Assembly: GCA_951406725.2 (NCBI GenBank) | Contig: OX597826.1 | Span: forward strand, 44,144,001-44,208,000 | Reading direction: 5' to 3' | Origin: Octopus vulgaris | Lineage: Eukaryota | DNA length: 64,000 nt | Shown: in pieces, positions 14,896-28,834 of the stretch | Position numbering within the stretch: the stretch's first letter is position 1 | Layout of the letters: each line of letters opens with the position of its first letter | The notes under the pieces: generated by a model | Told to the model about the DNA's origin: nothing | The model's input: only the letters and a program-made list of their open reading frames with translations | Databases searched by the model: none | Position numbers and translations under genes: made by a program

Positions 14896-15571
14896 AGAAC
14901 TAGTGAAAAATGCTAATTGGATTCAACGACATATTCTAGCTTTTGAAAATATACCATGTTTATATCAAATAATGGGATACGCTTCGGATAATTAAAAGAT
15001 GTAAACCTGAACACTATAGATTTTTATTTTTCGACAGATAATCAAAGACCGAATTGCAGATTCAGAAGAATGACCGGTTACATTGACACGAATCTCGGAA
15101 GTGAACTCATTTGATATTTTGTATTCGTAACATTTTAGTTTCTAATACAAAATATCAAACGGATTTGACGGAGGAATACTCAGTGTCGATGGAACTCTAT
15201 CATCGATCACGCTTTAGTTAACTAATGCATGATAAGTGCACTTAAGTGCACTTATCACTTGACTAAAAGCCAACTTAACCCTTTTACTGCGGAAATCAGA
15301 AATATCTACCTCAAGTTTCGTTGTTCTTAACTTTGAAAATCAGTTTTATATACCCATCTATCTTTGCTGAGGTATGTCATGTTTGAAAATAGCTTCTGTT
15401 GGAGTATGTCAGTATCATGCGGCAATGTGAAAATGCCAATTCCATATACTTTTTATACTTCAGCAATACGGATTCTATACTTTGCTGGATAATTCAAATA
15501 ATACGTGAATATACGTGAAACTAAATTACACAGTTAAATGGTTAATATTTATGGAATTTGGCGGATCATTA

Positions 15572-15760
15572 CCACGCCGAGCAAAAGCTTAGATGCATTT
15601 CTTCCGTCGTCACACTCTAGGCTAAAATTCCGCTGAAGCTGAAATTGCTTTTCATCCTTCCGGGGTTGATAAAATAAGTGCCAGTTGAACACTGGGGTTG
15701 ATGCAATTAACATACACGTTCCACAAAAATTGCTGGCCTTGTACCAAAATTTGAAACCAT
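15572..15760 (+). mobile_element. SINE family B variant, degenerate
   Basis: aaattccgctgaag..ttgcttttcatccttccggggttgataaaataagtgccagt is the family B core. Confidence 0.7.
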
Positions 15761-15996
15761 CATTTATGAAAGTAAGATTACTTGTGTGGATCTCGAAATA
15801 TATCGTTACGAAGTGGTACGAATTGTGAGCACGTAACAGATTACAGCTATAGCGCATGAACATAACGCTGTAAAATTCACTGGAAAACTTTTGCGTTACT
15901 TTCGTCATATTTTACTCAGTTGAATTCTAAATAACATCAAATGAAGATTTTGAAAGTATAAACACCTGAACTGCTTACGGTATTGGTTGAGTAATC

Positions 15997-16620
15997 TTAT
16001 TTCTTTATCGCCCACAGGGGGCTAAACATAGAGGGGACAAGCAAGGACAGACAAGGAGGTTAAGTCGATTACATCGACCCCAGTGATTAACTGGTACTTA
16101 TTTTATCGATCCCGAAAGGAGGAAGGGCAAAGTCGACCTCGGCGGAATTTCAACTCAGTACGTAATGGCAGACGAAATACCTATTTCTTTACTACCCACA
16201 AGGGGCTAAACACAGAGTGGACAAACGAGGACAGACAAACGGATTAAGTCTATTATATCGACTCCAGTGTATAACTGGTACTTATTTAATCGCCCCGAAA
16301 GGATGAAAGGTAAAGTTGACCTCGGCGGAATTTGAACTCAGAACGTAACGGCAGACGAAATACCGTTCAGCATTTCGCCCGACGTGCTAACGTTTCTGCC
16401 AGCTCGCCGCCTTCTATTTATTTACTACCCGCAAGGGGCTAAACATAGAGAGGACAAACAAGGACAGACAAACGGATTAAGTCGATTACATCGACCCCAG
16501 TGCGTAACTGGTACTTAATTTATCGACCTCGAAAGGATGAAAGGCAAAGTCGACCTCGGCGGAATTTGAACTCAGAGCGTAACGGCAGACGAAATACCGC
16601 TAGGCATTTCGCCCGGTGTG
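15997..16620 (-). mobile_element. SINE family B, tandem trimer
   Basis: Three ~200-bp units ggggctaaaca.agag.ggacaa...gaaaggatgaaaggcaaagtcgacctcggcggaatttgaactcag. Confidence 0.92.
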
Positions 16621-19449
16621 TAGAATGAAATCGTCACCAAATACCAAATGCGTCTCGCTTTCGGAATGCTTTGTATCCTACACATTACAAAAGCAACCTT
16701 CGCTGTAAAGCTGTTTCCAAACGTGACATATATTCACCTACATTTAATGAGAAAAGAAATGCTGAACTCAGATGTATCACGAGAATCGAATTTGCGTGTT
16801 GTAATTTCAACATGGTTTGTTAAAAATTTAAGTTGAGAAAAGGACGCAATAAGAAATAACATTATTTGTGTTGTGAATTCATTATCTACATCCAATAATC
16901 ATTGCTTATTTTATAATTAATTATTTATCTTACCTTTCGTTTGTGTTACAAAAGATTGCATGAAAAAAGAAAGGAAAATATATTTTACTTAATCTTGTTA
17001 GGGCACATGTGGTCAAAGAGAAACCGTTACGACTAATACATACACAGTTCCGTGATATCAGTTACAAACAAACTCGGTAAATATTAATGATTTATTGGCT
17101 GAAGTAATTTACATATAATGTGAAATCAGAATTAATAGTCTCTGTTGATGGCCTGAGTCGGAAATAAGTAGCTCTTATGAGAATTTATAGAAAGTTTTGA
17201 TAACTAAAATCGGTGCGAATGCCCTGGCGTTTCTCACTGCTAGTCCGCGTTTGAGAGTGTAGAAAATAGCTGAAAGTGGGTTGTTGCTTCAGTTGAAGGC
17301 AATCAAATAATAAAGGAATTAAGGTGATAAGTAACTTTAAGAATGGTGGGGGAATGAGGAGATAGGATCTGGCCGAAGTGATTTAAAAAAGTACAATGAA
17401 GAGATGAATGGAAGTAAAATTAGACAGGGACGAAAGCTCTGATGCTTCCAATCTAGCAAAGGTGGTGTTTTATTAAAAAGGGAAAGTAGGAATAGTGATG
17501 AATAAAAAAAAATCAAGAAACGAAACAAAGATAATCTACCCAGAAGTTTAGTTAAAATGAAAGACACACCAAATTCTATTTGTGTGAGAGGCGTCTCTTA
17601 TACATTCTAAAGTTATGATCACAATTTTTGTTTATAAGTGAACTTTTCAGCAGAAGATTACACATATTTTTGTCCATTGTGAATAAGATTATATGAAAGC
17701 CTAATTATAGCGATTGCTGCATGGATGGTGTTCTGCAATGGTTTGGACTAAAGTGGAGGGTTGGTAGACTGGAAGAATTTGGTTTCTGTAGAGAGACTAT
17801 GGTAAGACATTGGCTGGTTGATTACTTGGGTTTTGGCTGATGGTAGTGCCCATAACTGCTTGCGGTACCTGTATGAGAGGAACACGTAGGATATGTTATT
17901 CGACATATCATCTAAATCGTTAGCCTCACTTTAGAGCTGCCGGAGCCAGAGCAACCGCAGTAGCAATGAAGTATTTGCAAGTTTATAATAAACAGTGGTG
18001 AAAAGCTAGATGCTAAACCTGTAATAAATGTTATCTCAGCGGAGCAAAGTGGGGGAATGAATCTTATGTCTTTTATATACGAGATATTTTAAACAAAATC
18101 CAAGATTATAATTCACTACAGATACGTATTTTTACACATTAATAGATACAAATATATATCTATTCGAAAAAATGCAGATTTTTCAGAGTTTATAAATAAA
18201 GCAAATATACTGAAAATTTCCATTTTTTTTTATGCGCAAGCGAGCGATAAATAATATGTGCAAATATAACTGAATATATTTCCCCAGCTGATATCCCATA
18301 TCCATTAATAGTGTCTCAGGTTTTTTTCTTTGCAATAACATTATATATTCTAGTTTTCTTCACGACACAAGTTAGCTTATAGTTTGGGAAGTGAAAAGGT
18401 GGAGAGCTTCTTAAATGGTGCATGTTAGTATTTCTTGATATGGTCTATGAATTTTGGAAAATATAAAACATCACGTTTCACAAATGACTTAAAGAAACCA
18501 CATTTTTATGAATTCTAACTCTAGGCATTCATTTCATAGCGTGTCTGGAAAAATACTATCCTTGAATTACTGATGTTACTTTACTCTTCAGAAGAAGCTG
18601 GGACTGTACTAAATTGCTACATATAGTTCAAAACATGGCGGATAGATTAGCTTATTGAATCGTTAAACGTCTCTCCGAAGAAAGATTACTGAACAGTATA
18701 TACATGAAAAAATACGGTATCATTTTAGTGTTCACTTTTGAATAATAACTAACAATGCTGTTTGGTTTTGGTTCCGCTTCGTACAAAAAAAAATCGAATG
18801 TTTTACTGGCTAGTTAGATATAAATTCAATAATCTGTATAAAAATGACCGGAGTCAAAGTAAAAGTAAATATGCAACGCGAGGCAAAGATAAGTACAATG
18901 GAAACAAATTCAAAGTCAATAGAAAATGGAGAAAAAAAGAAGGATAAAGAAAAGATAGAGTTAAGAGAAATCAATACAAAGGACTGTAGTAGAGAATGAA
19001 GAGAAATATAAAAGGAAAAGTAGGAAGATAGCTAAAAAAAATAGGTGAATAATAAAGCTAGAATGTGTAGAATAGATAAAGAAATTAAAAAAATAGACTA
19101 ACCAAAAGACAAGAACACAAGATAATGTAAAGAGCAATGTTTTGATTTCGGTTGTGTATATTTAGTAGACGGAGAAAATAGATTTTAAATGGACAAGGAA
19201 CCTAAACGAGGAAAGTCTCCAAGAAAACGGCTCTGAGCCGGATAATCGAATGCTATGGTTTCAGTAGAACCGTTGAAATATGCATTCAGGTTGCATCTAC
19301 TCTATGGTTTTATGAATTAAGGAAAAGTATACAAAAATGTTTACTTTCCTTTATGGAAGAAGTTTTAAAGTGATATGTAAATGAAAATGTTACTAGAAAT
19401 AGGTCAGATATTTTTAATCTTGTTTTGCATCTGAAGTTATATATATTAA

Positions 19450-21500
19450 CTTTTAAGGATAGTCTTTTTTTTTTAAGATTTGATCTGTAGGAAATGACTT
19501 TGACTATAGATATATGGTATGATGTTCCGCTTCGACGTCTGAGGGTTAATGGCTGTAGAAGAAAAATAGGAATGGATATAGTCTTAATGGAAGGTTAGAT
19601 GTTCTGCGGACCCAGAGGAAGGTGGACACATTATGGATGTCGAAAAATGGAGAGACAAGTGAATTTGTGAAGATGAATGCAGTGGCTCGAGACCAGGCAT
19701 CTCTGAGAATAAGAGGTCATGGTGGTAGCGATGGAAAAGATAGTGAAATCATATAGCACGCAAAATGTTCGAGTTTGATATTAAGTGAGACTGCCTGCTA
19801 ATTAGTAATTTCTTGGTTGCGGGTTTAGGCTGTGCGTTTGGGCAGTAATAACACAACCCATGATGTGTGATCAGTGTCCCTGAGCAGCTCTAACTTAATC
19901 CTTTTAAATCCCCAATTAGGCACTATTGCGACCTATAATATTTGCTGCTCTGAAGTGTAAAACCAGTCTTCGTGGTGCAGACTTGATAATATTGAGGAGT
20001 TGGGATCCCCAATCGCGATCATCAATGACAGCAAGGCCTAGTACTTGTGACGACGTTTGAGCTGAAATAGTTATCTATGCGTCATATTTATAGACCAGTT
20101 ACCCCAGTATTATTCCTGAGATAATCTCTTTTGGACGTGAGCACGTCCATAACAGATGTTACCAAAGGAGGAATACCGCAGTAATCGCCTATCAACGATT
20201 ATATATACATTAACTATGCTATAAATAGCTATTGTAATTTCATACTATCTCAGTTAAATATACCAAACCATATTGTTTTATTGTTGATACGAAGTGGTAG
20301 AGTTTTTGTCTTGTTGAATAAAATTATATTAGCATGATCTTATTAGAGAATGACTTTGAGGTGGTGTTCATGATCACAGTGCATGTTTGGCGTGACAAGT
20401 CTAAGTTGCTTATGAATGTTGGTTGAAAACAGGTCATGAAGGAAGGGTGGTAATATATGGTTAAGAGAGGAGGTCGTTGGCGTTGATGCAAATAGGTCTT
20501 TGGCGTATATTAGGAAGAGTCAGGGTGATAAAACAAAATCTTAGGACACGCTAGATCAGAGTATAGGTCAGATGGAGAGAGTGAGAGGGGGCAGAAAGAT
20601 AGATATCATTCTGCCCCTCATTTTCATAAACTAATTTATATTTTATCCATCTTAATGCGGGTTCCCCATATATTATGGGGCAAGGAATTTTTTACCATCT
20701 CTTTCTTTCACAGACTGTCAGGAAGAGACAGACAGATAGACCACTGAGAGATAGATAGATAGATAGATAGATAGTTAGAGAGAGAGAGAGAGAGAGTGAG
20801 TGAAAGAAAGAGAGAGAGAAATTCCATCAAGAGACACTGCGATAGTATGGATTTGCAAGGAACTTCATAACCTATAGGCAAGAAACTTCCTATCTTGGTC
20901 TATCCCATGGGCAAGAGGCAAAGCTAAGATATTCCCCTGACAGATACAACCAAATGCCAACTATTACGGCGTTTTCTCTCATTTCTTCAGAGGTGAGACT
21001 ACAGTGTATGAGATAAGAGAACAGGGTTTCAGTAGATTTAGTTTCACGGGAGCCATATAGATGTCATTAGCAAGAAAGGAGCATTCAAATTGTTATGGAT
21101 TGTGTTTGTTAATGACTATCTTCATCACTTCGTGGTATGGGAATTGAGATCGATAGTTCGATAGTTCACGGGTTACAGAGGTTTCTGTTATTAGCAATGG
21201 ATCACACTTTAATGTGCTTCTGAAAATCAGGGTAGCGCCCTTAAGTGAAAGGCGGAGGTAGACGGGGAGGAGGGAAATGGAGAGAGAGAGAGAGAGAGTG
21301 GGAGAGAAAGTGGGAGAGAAAGTGGGAGAGAAAATGATAGAGAGAGAGTAGTAAGAGCGAGAGAAAGACAGAGAGAAGTATCTGGTGAGGATAGGAGTTG
21401 ACTCTGCAGTACATTGTCTAAAATTGAAAGAACAGATTTGGGGTTCTGTTGAATCTGTAGATGAATTATTTATCACTGATAAACCAAACCATAACTAAAT
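19450..21500 (-). mobile_element. Highly decayed LINE (CR1/L2-like APE endonuclease plus RT) relic
   Basis: Only faint motif remnants on the minus strand (FIYRF; DPLLITE..YH, resembling DL...SDH). Interrupted by GA-rich microsatellites. Confidence 0.3.
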
Positions 21501-22999
21501 AATATCTGATTATGCTCTTCTATTTTTCTAGTTAGTTTTTTTAGTGATCTTTATGAGGTCCATACTGGAGCAACACTGTCGCAATACGAGACAAAAAATT
21601 ACAATTAGATTTATTATTTTTAACTAGTCACCACTTTTCTTCCATAATCCTGGTTCTAATGTTCTCAACAATGAATTATTTTGATTAAGCATATCTAAAA
21701 GTTATGTTAGGAAAGAGAGAGCTTATTTAAAGAAATCAACCCCTAAACGTAATGATTGCCGAATTTCCTATCGATTAAAAACAGAGACATTCAGATTAGA
21801 GTCTTGAGGAATCGTGACGTGTCTCCTCTGTCTCATCCGTCATTCGTATATTATGATTTATACAGTAAAATAATCTTGCACTATAGGCAAGGGAACCTCT
21901 GTATTTAAATAAGCTAATTTATGACTACAGGTATTATTATATCTTCTCATATAATATAGCCGCCTTTCAATTAACACATATTTAAATGCATTCAATCATT
22001 ATTAAGATTAATATCATATTCTACCAAATCTCATTTAATTGAATAAAGAATTTCTATATTTAACACTGGGTTTGAAAAAAAAATACACTTTATTTTTCAA
22101 TGTCAGAAGAGATAAATTCTAATGTAATTTTATGAGATGGGAACATTCTTTTTGTCAATAATAAAATCTTTATATATCCACAGCATAACTGACATTTGAG
22201 CTGTTAGTAGTCGTCATAACTCTAAACCGACAGTGCACATATGGCATATAAGTATCTACTTGGTTTCGGGGATGTTAGGATTCTTTTGTATTCACTGCAC
22301 TCTATAGATGCACATATTAGAGCAATTGACGCCGGAAATGCAAGCCGTTTTGGCGTCTAGTAAATTAAGAGAAGAAACATGTGTTCGAAAGTCTTAACTA
22401 CTTTCTGTGTCAAAGCAATGTCAAACACATGTCTGTAATAAAAGATATTCTGTCTGAGAAAACATAAAATAGAGAGAATAGCTACAAGGCACTAAGAAGT
22501 ATTTGCAAGTAATATAATCGAGCATTAGTATCTAAAAACTTAAAAGAATAAATTTAAAAAATATGTATAAATTATGAGTGTAACCAATACAGGAAGGTAA
22601 GGAGACAGCTACATTCAGATACTAATATTTTTTTGTTTACATTTTTCTGAGAATACCAATTGTAAGTTAAATATGTTCTGAATGTAAAAGAAAAGAAGAT
22701 ACAAATGTTGTTGTTGAGGTCTAATGAAAGAGTGACCTGCATCCATTGATAGTGTATCTCGGAACAAATTTCCCAATGTGCTATACTATTTCTTGTTCTA
22801 GGAGAGCAGTGTGTGATTCGAGAATGATGTGACATTTCTAACTGTACATGCTTCGAAATAGAAACTCCAGCCATAGCTCAGATTTACCAATTGTTTGATG
22901 AAAACATCGAAAAAGTTTCGATTTTGAGCGTTGAAAAACGTTTTGAAGCATTTATAAATGTTATAACTTTGTATATATAATTCTCGCTTATCTCTATGT

Positions 23000-23440
23000 T
23001 TTATCTATATTTGCTTCAGTAATTGAACTGGAGTAAATGCTGGGTATCGCCTGAAAGTCGTTAATAAATCAGTTTGATTGCACAGTGTTTTTAAATCTGG
23101 TACCAACTACATCTGACTCTTTATCCGGCTAACAATGTTAGCCGGATAACCTAGACAAACAACACTTGTTGTCAAGCAATGTGGGGAAACCTCAGACACA
23201 TGCGTGTGCATACACAGACATACATATATATATACACAAAAAAGGCACATACACAAACACGCATGCATACAAATATGCAACGGTATTCCACACATTTTCC
23301 AGTCTGCCAAATTCATTCGTAAGGTATTAATCGAATCTGGGTCAATAATAGAAAACCCTTGACGTGGGTGGGCGTAGTGGAATGGAACTCGAAATCACAA
23401 GATGCTGAAGCGTATTTCATACTCATACATCGACGTTTCC
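23000..23440 (-). mobile_element. SINE family A, old degenerate copy
   Basis: ttgcttcagtaattgaactg tail, gtcaagcaatgtgggg, ccagtctgccaaattcattcgtaagg. Confidence 0.7.
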
Positions 23441-24599
23441 ATTATAAACCATTATAAACCGCCTAAACCATTATACCCTGCCTGAGAAGCCCTAACATTT
23501 AGGGTCATATATAAGAATTTTGACTTCAAATTATTCTACATTGCAGTTTATTTTATGACTTGTAAATATATATTTTGAAGCCTCAGTGTTTAATAGGTAT
23601 CGTCTTAATTCATAGTATGCTCATATCACAGGAACATTTTAAATAAACGTACACATACACAAAGATTATATGGATGTATTATATACATATATAAACACAC
23701 AAGCAACTATATAATCTCTGTGTATATATGTATATATATGCATGTATGTATGTATGTATGTATGTATGTATGTATGTATATGTATATATATTTATATATA
23801 GTTTTTGCTGACAAATTTTAATAAATGATATAAAGGAAATGTGTATTGAAGAGAGAATAATAACAATAAATTTGGTATTCATAAATAAAACAACCTGGTC
23901 AGGCTGGCAGGAATGTTTTTAGCAGAAAGTTTTAAGTTAGAACACAACCTAAGTGTAATCCATCTGATGCATTAAGATATCTTTGAATATACTTGAAATT
24001 TAAAAGGAGAATCAATCATAAAAATAAAATAGAGATTGTTAAAAGATAACAAAAATAAGAGAGTCATTTTGTTATACTTTAATACAGCCAGAATAAGTTA
24101 TTTCAGTTTGTAAGTTAAGTCATGAAAAATCTATATCAAACAGATAGCGACATATTTAATATATCACGGTAGTCGCCGTCGTCGTTATCAGCAGTAGTAG
24201 AAGCAGTAGCAGTATCATGAACGAAAATAAGAAGAATATGAAGAAGTATTAGAAGAGTAACAAAATATATATCAATAGAAGAAGATGCACATAAATTGAT
24301 TATAATGGTAAATCTATAATGTCTATTGTAAAACGAATGGCTTGTGAAGATAAGACTGTTGAGAGACAGAAGGAGATACTGAAGAATATTTATTGGACAG
24401 TTTCGGACTAAGCAATTGGCTTTGAGTTCGCTTTGTACTGTTTGATGTATTTTATTGCACTCGCGAACAACAAGATGTGTGTAATAATCAAAGTAAGTAA
24501 GTAATACTTGAGCGAGTGTGTAAAGTCGAATAATTTGGAATATATAAAATGGATCTTCAATTACCGAAATGGTAGGAATTTATCTTCGTCCAAGTTTGG

Positions 24600-24647
<48 letters not shown>

Positions 24648-24808
24648 ATACATACACACATGTATATATATATATATATATATATGTAAAAATACATACA
24701 TATATTTATGTACATATAAATATAAGTAACAATACATACATGTATTTACATGTATGTGTATACATCTGTATATATGGATAAATATAAAAATATAATTCCA
24801 TCTAAATA

Positions 24809-24848
<40 letters not shown>

Positions 24849-25382
24849 GGTGTGAATATATATCTATCTTTATATGTATATATGAATATATATGTAAATA
24901 TCTATACACACACACACATATGAATAAATATACATATTTATATATAAATGTACAAGTGTGTGTATATATATATATATATATACTTGTGTATATATGTATG
25001 TTTACACACACACACACACCCGCAAACACAAGCACACGCACAGAAACACACACGCACACACATACCCACAAACATACAGAAGAGGAGTGGTGGAGGAATA
25101 TGTGTGCGTATGTATGAGTTTACCAAACCGGCGCCACTGAGATAATACTTATTTTACTATCTTAAACTGTATTCTTAAAATTAAAACTGATGATAAGTGG
25201 GGTAAAATCTGACTGACAACTAGAAATTATTATTCCTTACATGATTTATTTCGAGACTTCTCTCTATTTTAGTTATGTTTGTAAGCTGTTCAATAGATTA
25301 TATTAAATATATAATCTTCGTTTAGTTTCTGTAGCACACTTAATATATATAGAACTCAGAATGTGCATGCATATATATATAT

Positions 25383-25456
<74 letters not shown>

Positions 25457-25523
25457 GATATGATATATGTACATATGTATATGTATATATGTATATATAT
25501 ATATATATATATGTGTGTGTATA

Positions 25524-25577
<54 letters not shown>

Positions 25578-25580
<3 letters not shown>

Positions 25581-26830
25581 GGTCATCCCATAAATAATGC
25601 GGTGATTTTTATACGTCTTTTATTGGTCAAAATTACGATAAACAAAGTTCGTTTTCAATCTAAAATATACTCTCCTTCATTTTCTACAATACTCTTCCAT
25701 CTAACTGGTGGACTTGCAAGGCCCTCTTCCAAAATTCACTTGTCCGTGACGTAAAATACCCTTCCAGTACTGCTGTAACCTCGTCTACAAAATTCATATT
25801 TTCCCCTTCGAAATGATTTTGAAAACTGCGGAATAAGTGATAATCAGATGGAGCAATGTCCGGCCCATATGGTGAGTGGGGCATCGTTTCCCTTTCAAAC
25901 TGTTCCAGCCTTAAGAATGCAATCCTCGTTGTATATGGCCGAGCATTATCCTGATGGATGAAACCCTTTCGTCTTGAAACCAAAGGTGGTCATTATTTTC
26001 TTCTAACGCTGGCTTACGCTGCTCAGGCTGCTCGCAATAGATCTCCTTTATTATTTTTTGGTTTAGTTTTAAAAGTTCAAAGTGGACTAAACTTTTCATA
26101 TACCACCAAACAGATAACAACACCTTACGTGGGTGAAAACCTTTTTTGGCCTCGAGTGCCCGTGTTTCTCCTTTCCCTACCCAATGTCTTCGCACATTTG
26201 ACATTTTTATCGAGAACCCATTTCTCGTCACCAGTCACTGTCCAGTCTATAAAAAAAAGTTTCATTCGTGAGACGTGACTACAAAGAAGATGACATGTTC
26301 ACTCTCTGCGCGCGATTAAACTCGGAAAATTTGTGACGAACCCATTCACCCAATTTGCTGACTTTTCCGATGGTACGCAGGTGTCGATAAAAAGTTAAAT
26401 GACCAAATACAATCTTCTTTGCTAGTTCCTTAACAGTTACGATGAGGTTTTGTTCCACACGTTTTGCAGGACATCCTCGACGAGCTCTACAGACCTTCCA
26501 GAAAGAGGTTTGTCTTCTAGGTTGTAGTTTCCGGACCGCAATTTCTGGAAACACCGTTGACACCGGCTTACGCGTATTGTCCGATCCCCATATACAACGT
26601 TAATATTCCTCCCACTTTCCGTTGTGTTGTTGCCTGTATTGAACTAATAAAGTAAAATATGCTGAATATCATCTATTATAGCTTTGAAAAATTAACTGTT
26701 AATATCGAACTGCACTCTTCAAAATTTCAAAACTAAGAATAAGTACAAGATATAATTACTATCTGCTTTTATAGCAAGCTGATGGAGATTGTTTACCTCA
26801 TGCCCACCCCGACTTTTAGTTCATGCAGTT
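25578..26830 (-). mobile_element. mariner (DD34D) transposon, near full-length pseudogenised transposase
   Basis: WVRH (WVPH-like), TGDEKW, HQDNARP and YGPDIAPSDYHLF across frameshifted ORFs 26279-26563, 25911-26231 and 25684-25983. TIR-like end gtgggtcatcccataaataatgcgg lies next to (TA)n. Confidence 0.95.
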
Positions 26831-26860
26831 ATGAGTGTGTGTGTGTGCATGTGCGTGTGA

Positions 26861-27019
26861 GGATCTAAACAGATTGATTCAAATTCGTTAGTACTCTTGG
26901 GTTTCAAGCGCGATGATAGTCGTCGAGTATTTCGAATTTCAAATTCGAAATGGCTGATGACTAGCATCACGCTTGAATCTCAAGAATACCAAAGAATTTG
27001 AATGAATCTATTTTGATCC
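26861..27019. repeat. ~80-bp-arm fold-back palindrome containing two decayed hammerhead copies
   Basis: Left ggatctaaacagatt...ttcgaattt pairs with right aaattcgaa...ttttgatcc; CTGATGA at 26954-26960. Confidence 0.85.
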
Positions 27020-27162
27020 ATACATGTAACTCTCAATAAACTGGTTGAGTATCCTTTCGTTTGTCCAGTCACTCGTGTATATATATATTCGGTGTGTGGT
27101 GAGGCAAATCGTTGCTAAACCCTTAATTACTTAGTATTACTTATATATATATATATATATAT

Positions 27163-27546
27163 AATTCCAAAATTAGAAATTCCATTTACCAATGTAAAAT
27201 TTCTTCCGGTACCGATGTCTTCTTCTACATTGGGGCAACTACTTCTAAATTAGCCCACAGGATCTCCAATCATTATTCAACTTTCCGAGATAAGAGAAAA
27301 CAACAAAGCACAGGACTAAGTAAATTAGTTTGGCGTCTTAAGGACAGCAATACAACTTTAAAACTGGAATGGTCCATATTGTCTGTATCCTTTCCGTTTG
27401 ATAATGGCAGAAAATTTTGTGGCGTCTGTAATTCCGAACTTTTCCATATATTGTTCGCCAAAGTCCCTTTAATAAATACAATGGTCGAGAAATCCTATAG
27501 GTGCATGTACTGGCAGAAACACACCTTTCACTCATATAAATGTTGA
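27163..27546 (+). pseudogene. GIY-YIG endonuclease C-terminal domain of a Penelope-like retroelement (5'-truncated, no start codon, otherwise open)
   Basis: Manual translation: NSKIRNSIYQCKISSGTDVFFYIGATTSKLAHRISNHYSTFRDKRKQQSTGLSKLVWRLKDSNTTLKLEWSILSVSFPFDNGRKFCGVCNSELFHILFAKVPLINTMVEKSYRCMYWQKHTFHSYKC*. It has IY..YIG, R..NH, LSK..W.LK, C..C..E and N motifs. Confidence 0.9.
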
Positions 27547-28077
27547 TTAATATAGATAACCTACTTGAATTTTAATAATATAGTCCCATTTATATATCAC
27601 CCCCATAGTCAATTTTTATACCCATAAATGACTACTACCCAAGGTATGTTTTACCTTTGTCTCTCTACCTCACCCTCCTCTCTCTCTGTCCCTCTCTCTA
27701 TCGTAAGCACAATCAAACACACAGACACAAACCTGTCACTTCACCACTGTCTGTTTTTGGCATCTATCCAACCACACACACATACACACACATAGACATG
27801 AATGCAGTTATATACATACACACACATAGGCACTCAATCACAAAAGAAAACAACAACAAATCACCATTCATATGACCTGCACCCTGTCACCTTCCTATTC
27901 TTAGACCTCTCTCCTCCAACCTTGTTTGAACCCTTGAACCTTCTAGAATCTTCTAAATTCAACCATTTTTGACGTCACTGCTTATAACGGAATATTTAAA
28001 AGAAACACTCATTATCGCTATGGGCTCCGTGTGGGCAGTCATCTAAAAGTTTTTGTTCATCATGATGCTAACATAAG

Positions 28078-28176
28078 TTCCTTGTTTTTCCTGATGAGAA
28101 AGCGGCATAATGCACCGCTTATTCCTTCGAAATTAGGAATATGCAGCCACTGAAACATATGTCGAGAATAAAGGAA
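28078..28176 (+). ncRNA. Type I hammerhead ribozyme motif (minimal stem III, degenerate stem II base)
   Basis: ttccttgtttttc-CTGATGA(28091)-...-t-GAAAC-atat-GTC(28163)-gagaataaaggaa. Confidence 0.7.
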
Positions 28177-28209
28177 TTTTGTTAATTCGTCGTTCAACTC
28201 CATTCTTTC

Positions 28210-28277
<68 letters not shown>

Positions 28278-28306
28278 GAGTGACTGTGTGTATGTGTGTA
28301 TGTGTG

Positions 28307-28382
<76 letters not shown>

Positions 28383-28429
28383 AATATATATGTAGAAGAA
28401 AACAAGTAATTGGAAGTTAATTGGTATTA

Positions 28430-28650
28430 TTCATTACGCATGTTTCATTTGCCGATAGGAATTACAAAATTGTACATGTTAGATAGTCATGTAAATATTT
28501 CCTATTAGAAATTCTTCAGACAGAGTAATTAAATAATACACACATTATAATATATAGAAACATTTACATGTGAATATTATTTACTTTGTTTGTGTGAAGA
28601 ATTTTTAGTAGGAAATTCCTCACATGTCTATCTAACATGTAACAATTTGT
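28430..28650 (-). ncRNA. Degenerate HHR (28430-28525) overlapping a fold-back (28464-28538 / 28574-28650)
   Basis: Minus strand: CTGAAGA-atttctaataggaa...ttcctatcggcaaat-GAAAC-atgc-GTA; stem I weak. Confidence 0.55.
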
Positions 28651-28777
28651 CATATAGTAATTCTACAAATAATTTGTATGTTGCACACAGCAACGTAGGC
28701 TACATACTGAATTGTAATAACGGAATAGGCAGATGTGCTCCAAGATGAATTAGTTAGGTTTTACCCGAACTATCAAC

Positions 28778-28830
<53 letters not shown>

Positions 28831-28834
<4 letters not shown>

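Larger units (their letters stand above)
27163..28212 (+). mobile_element. 5'-truncated Penelope-like element between (TA)n tracts
   Basis: GIY-YIG frame, then 3' UTR, then HHR motif; TA repeats on both sides. Confidence 0.85.

Noticed and set aside
15997-16620. CRISPR-like or satellite periodicity
   Set aside because: The units are SINE copies without unique spacers, in a eukaryotic context.
25187-25235. CTGATGA...GAAA next to an ataagtgggg motif like the end of the 39579-39835 unit
   Set aside because: Stems cannot be formed; at most a decayed terminal fragment.
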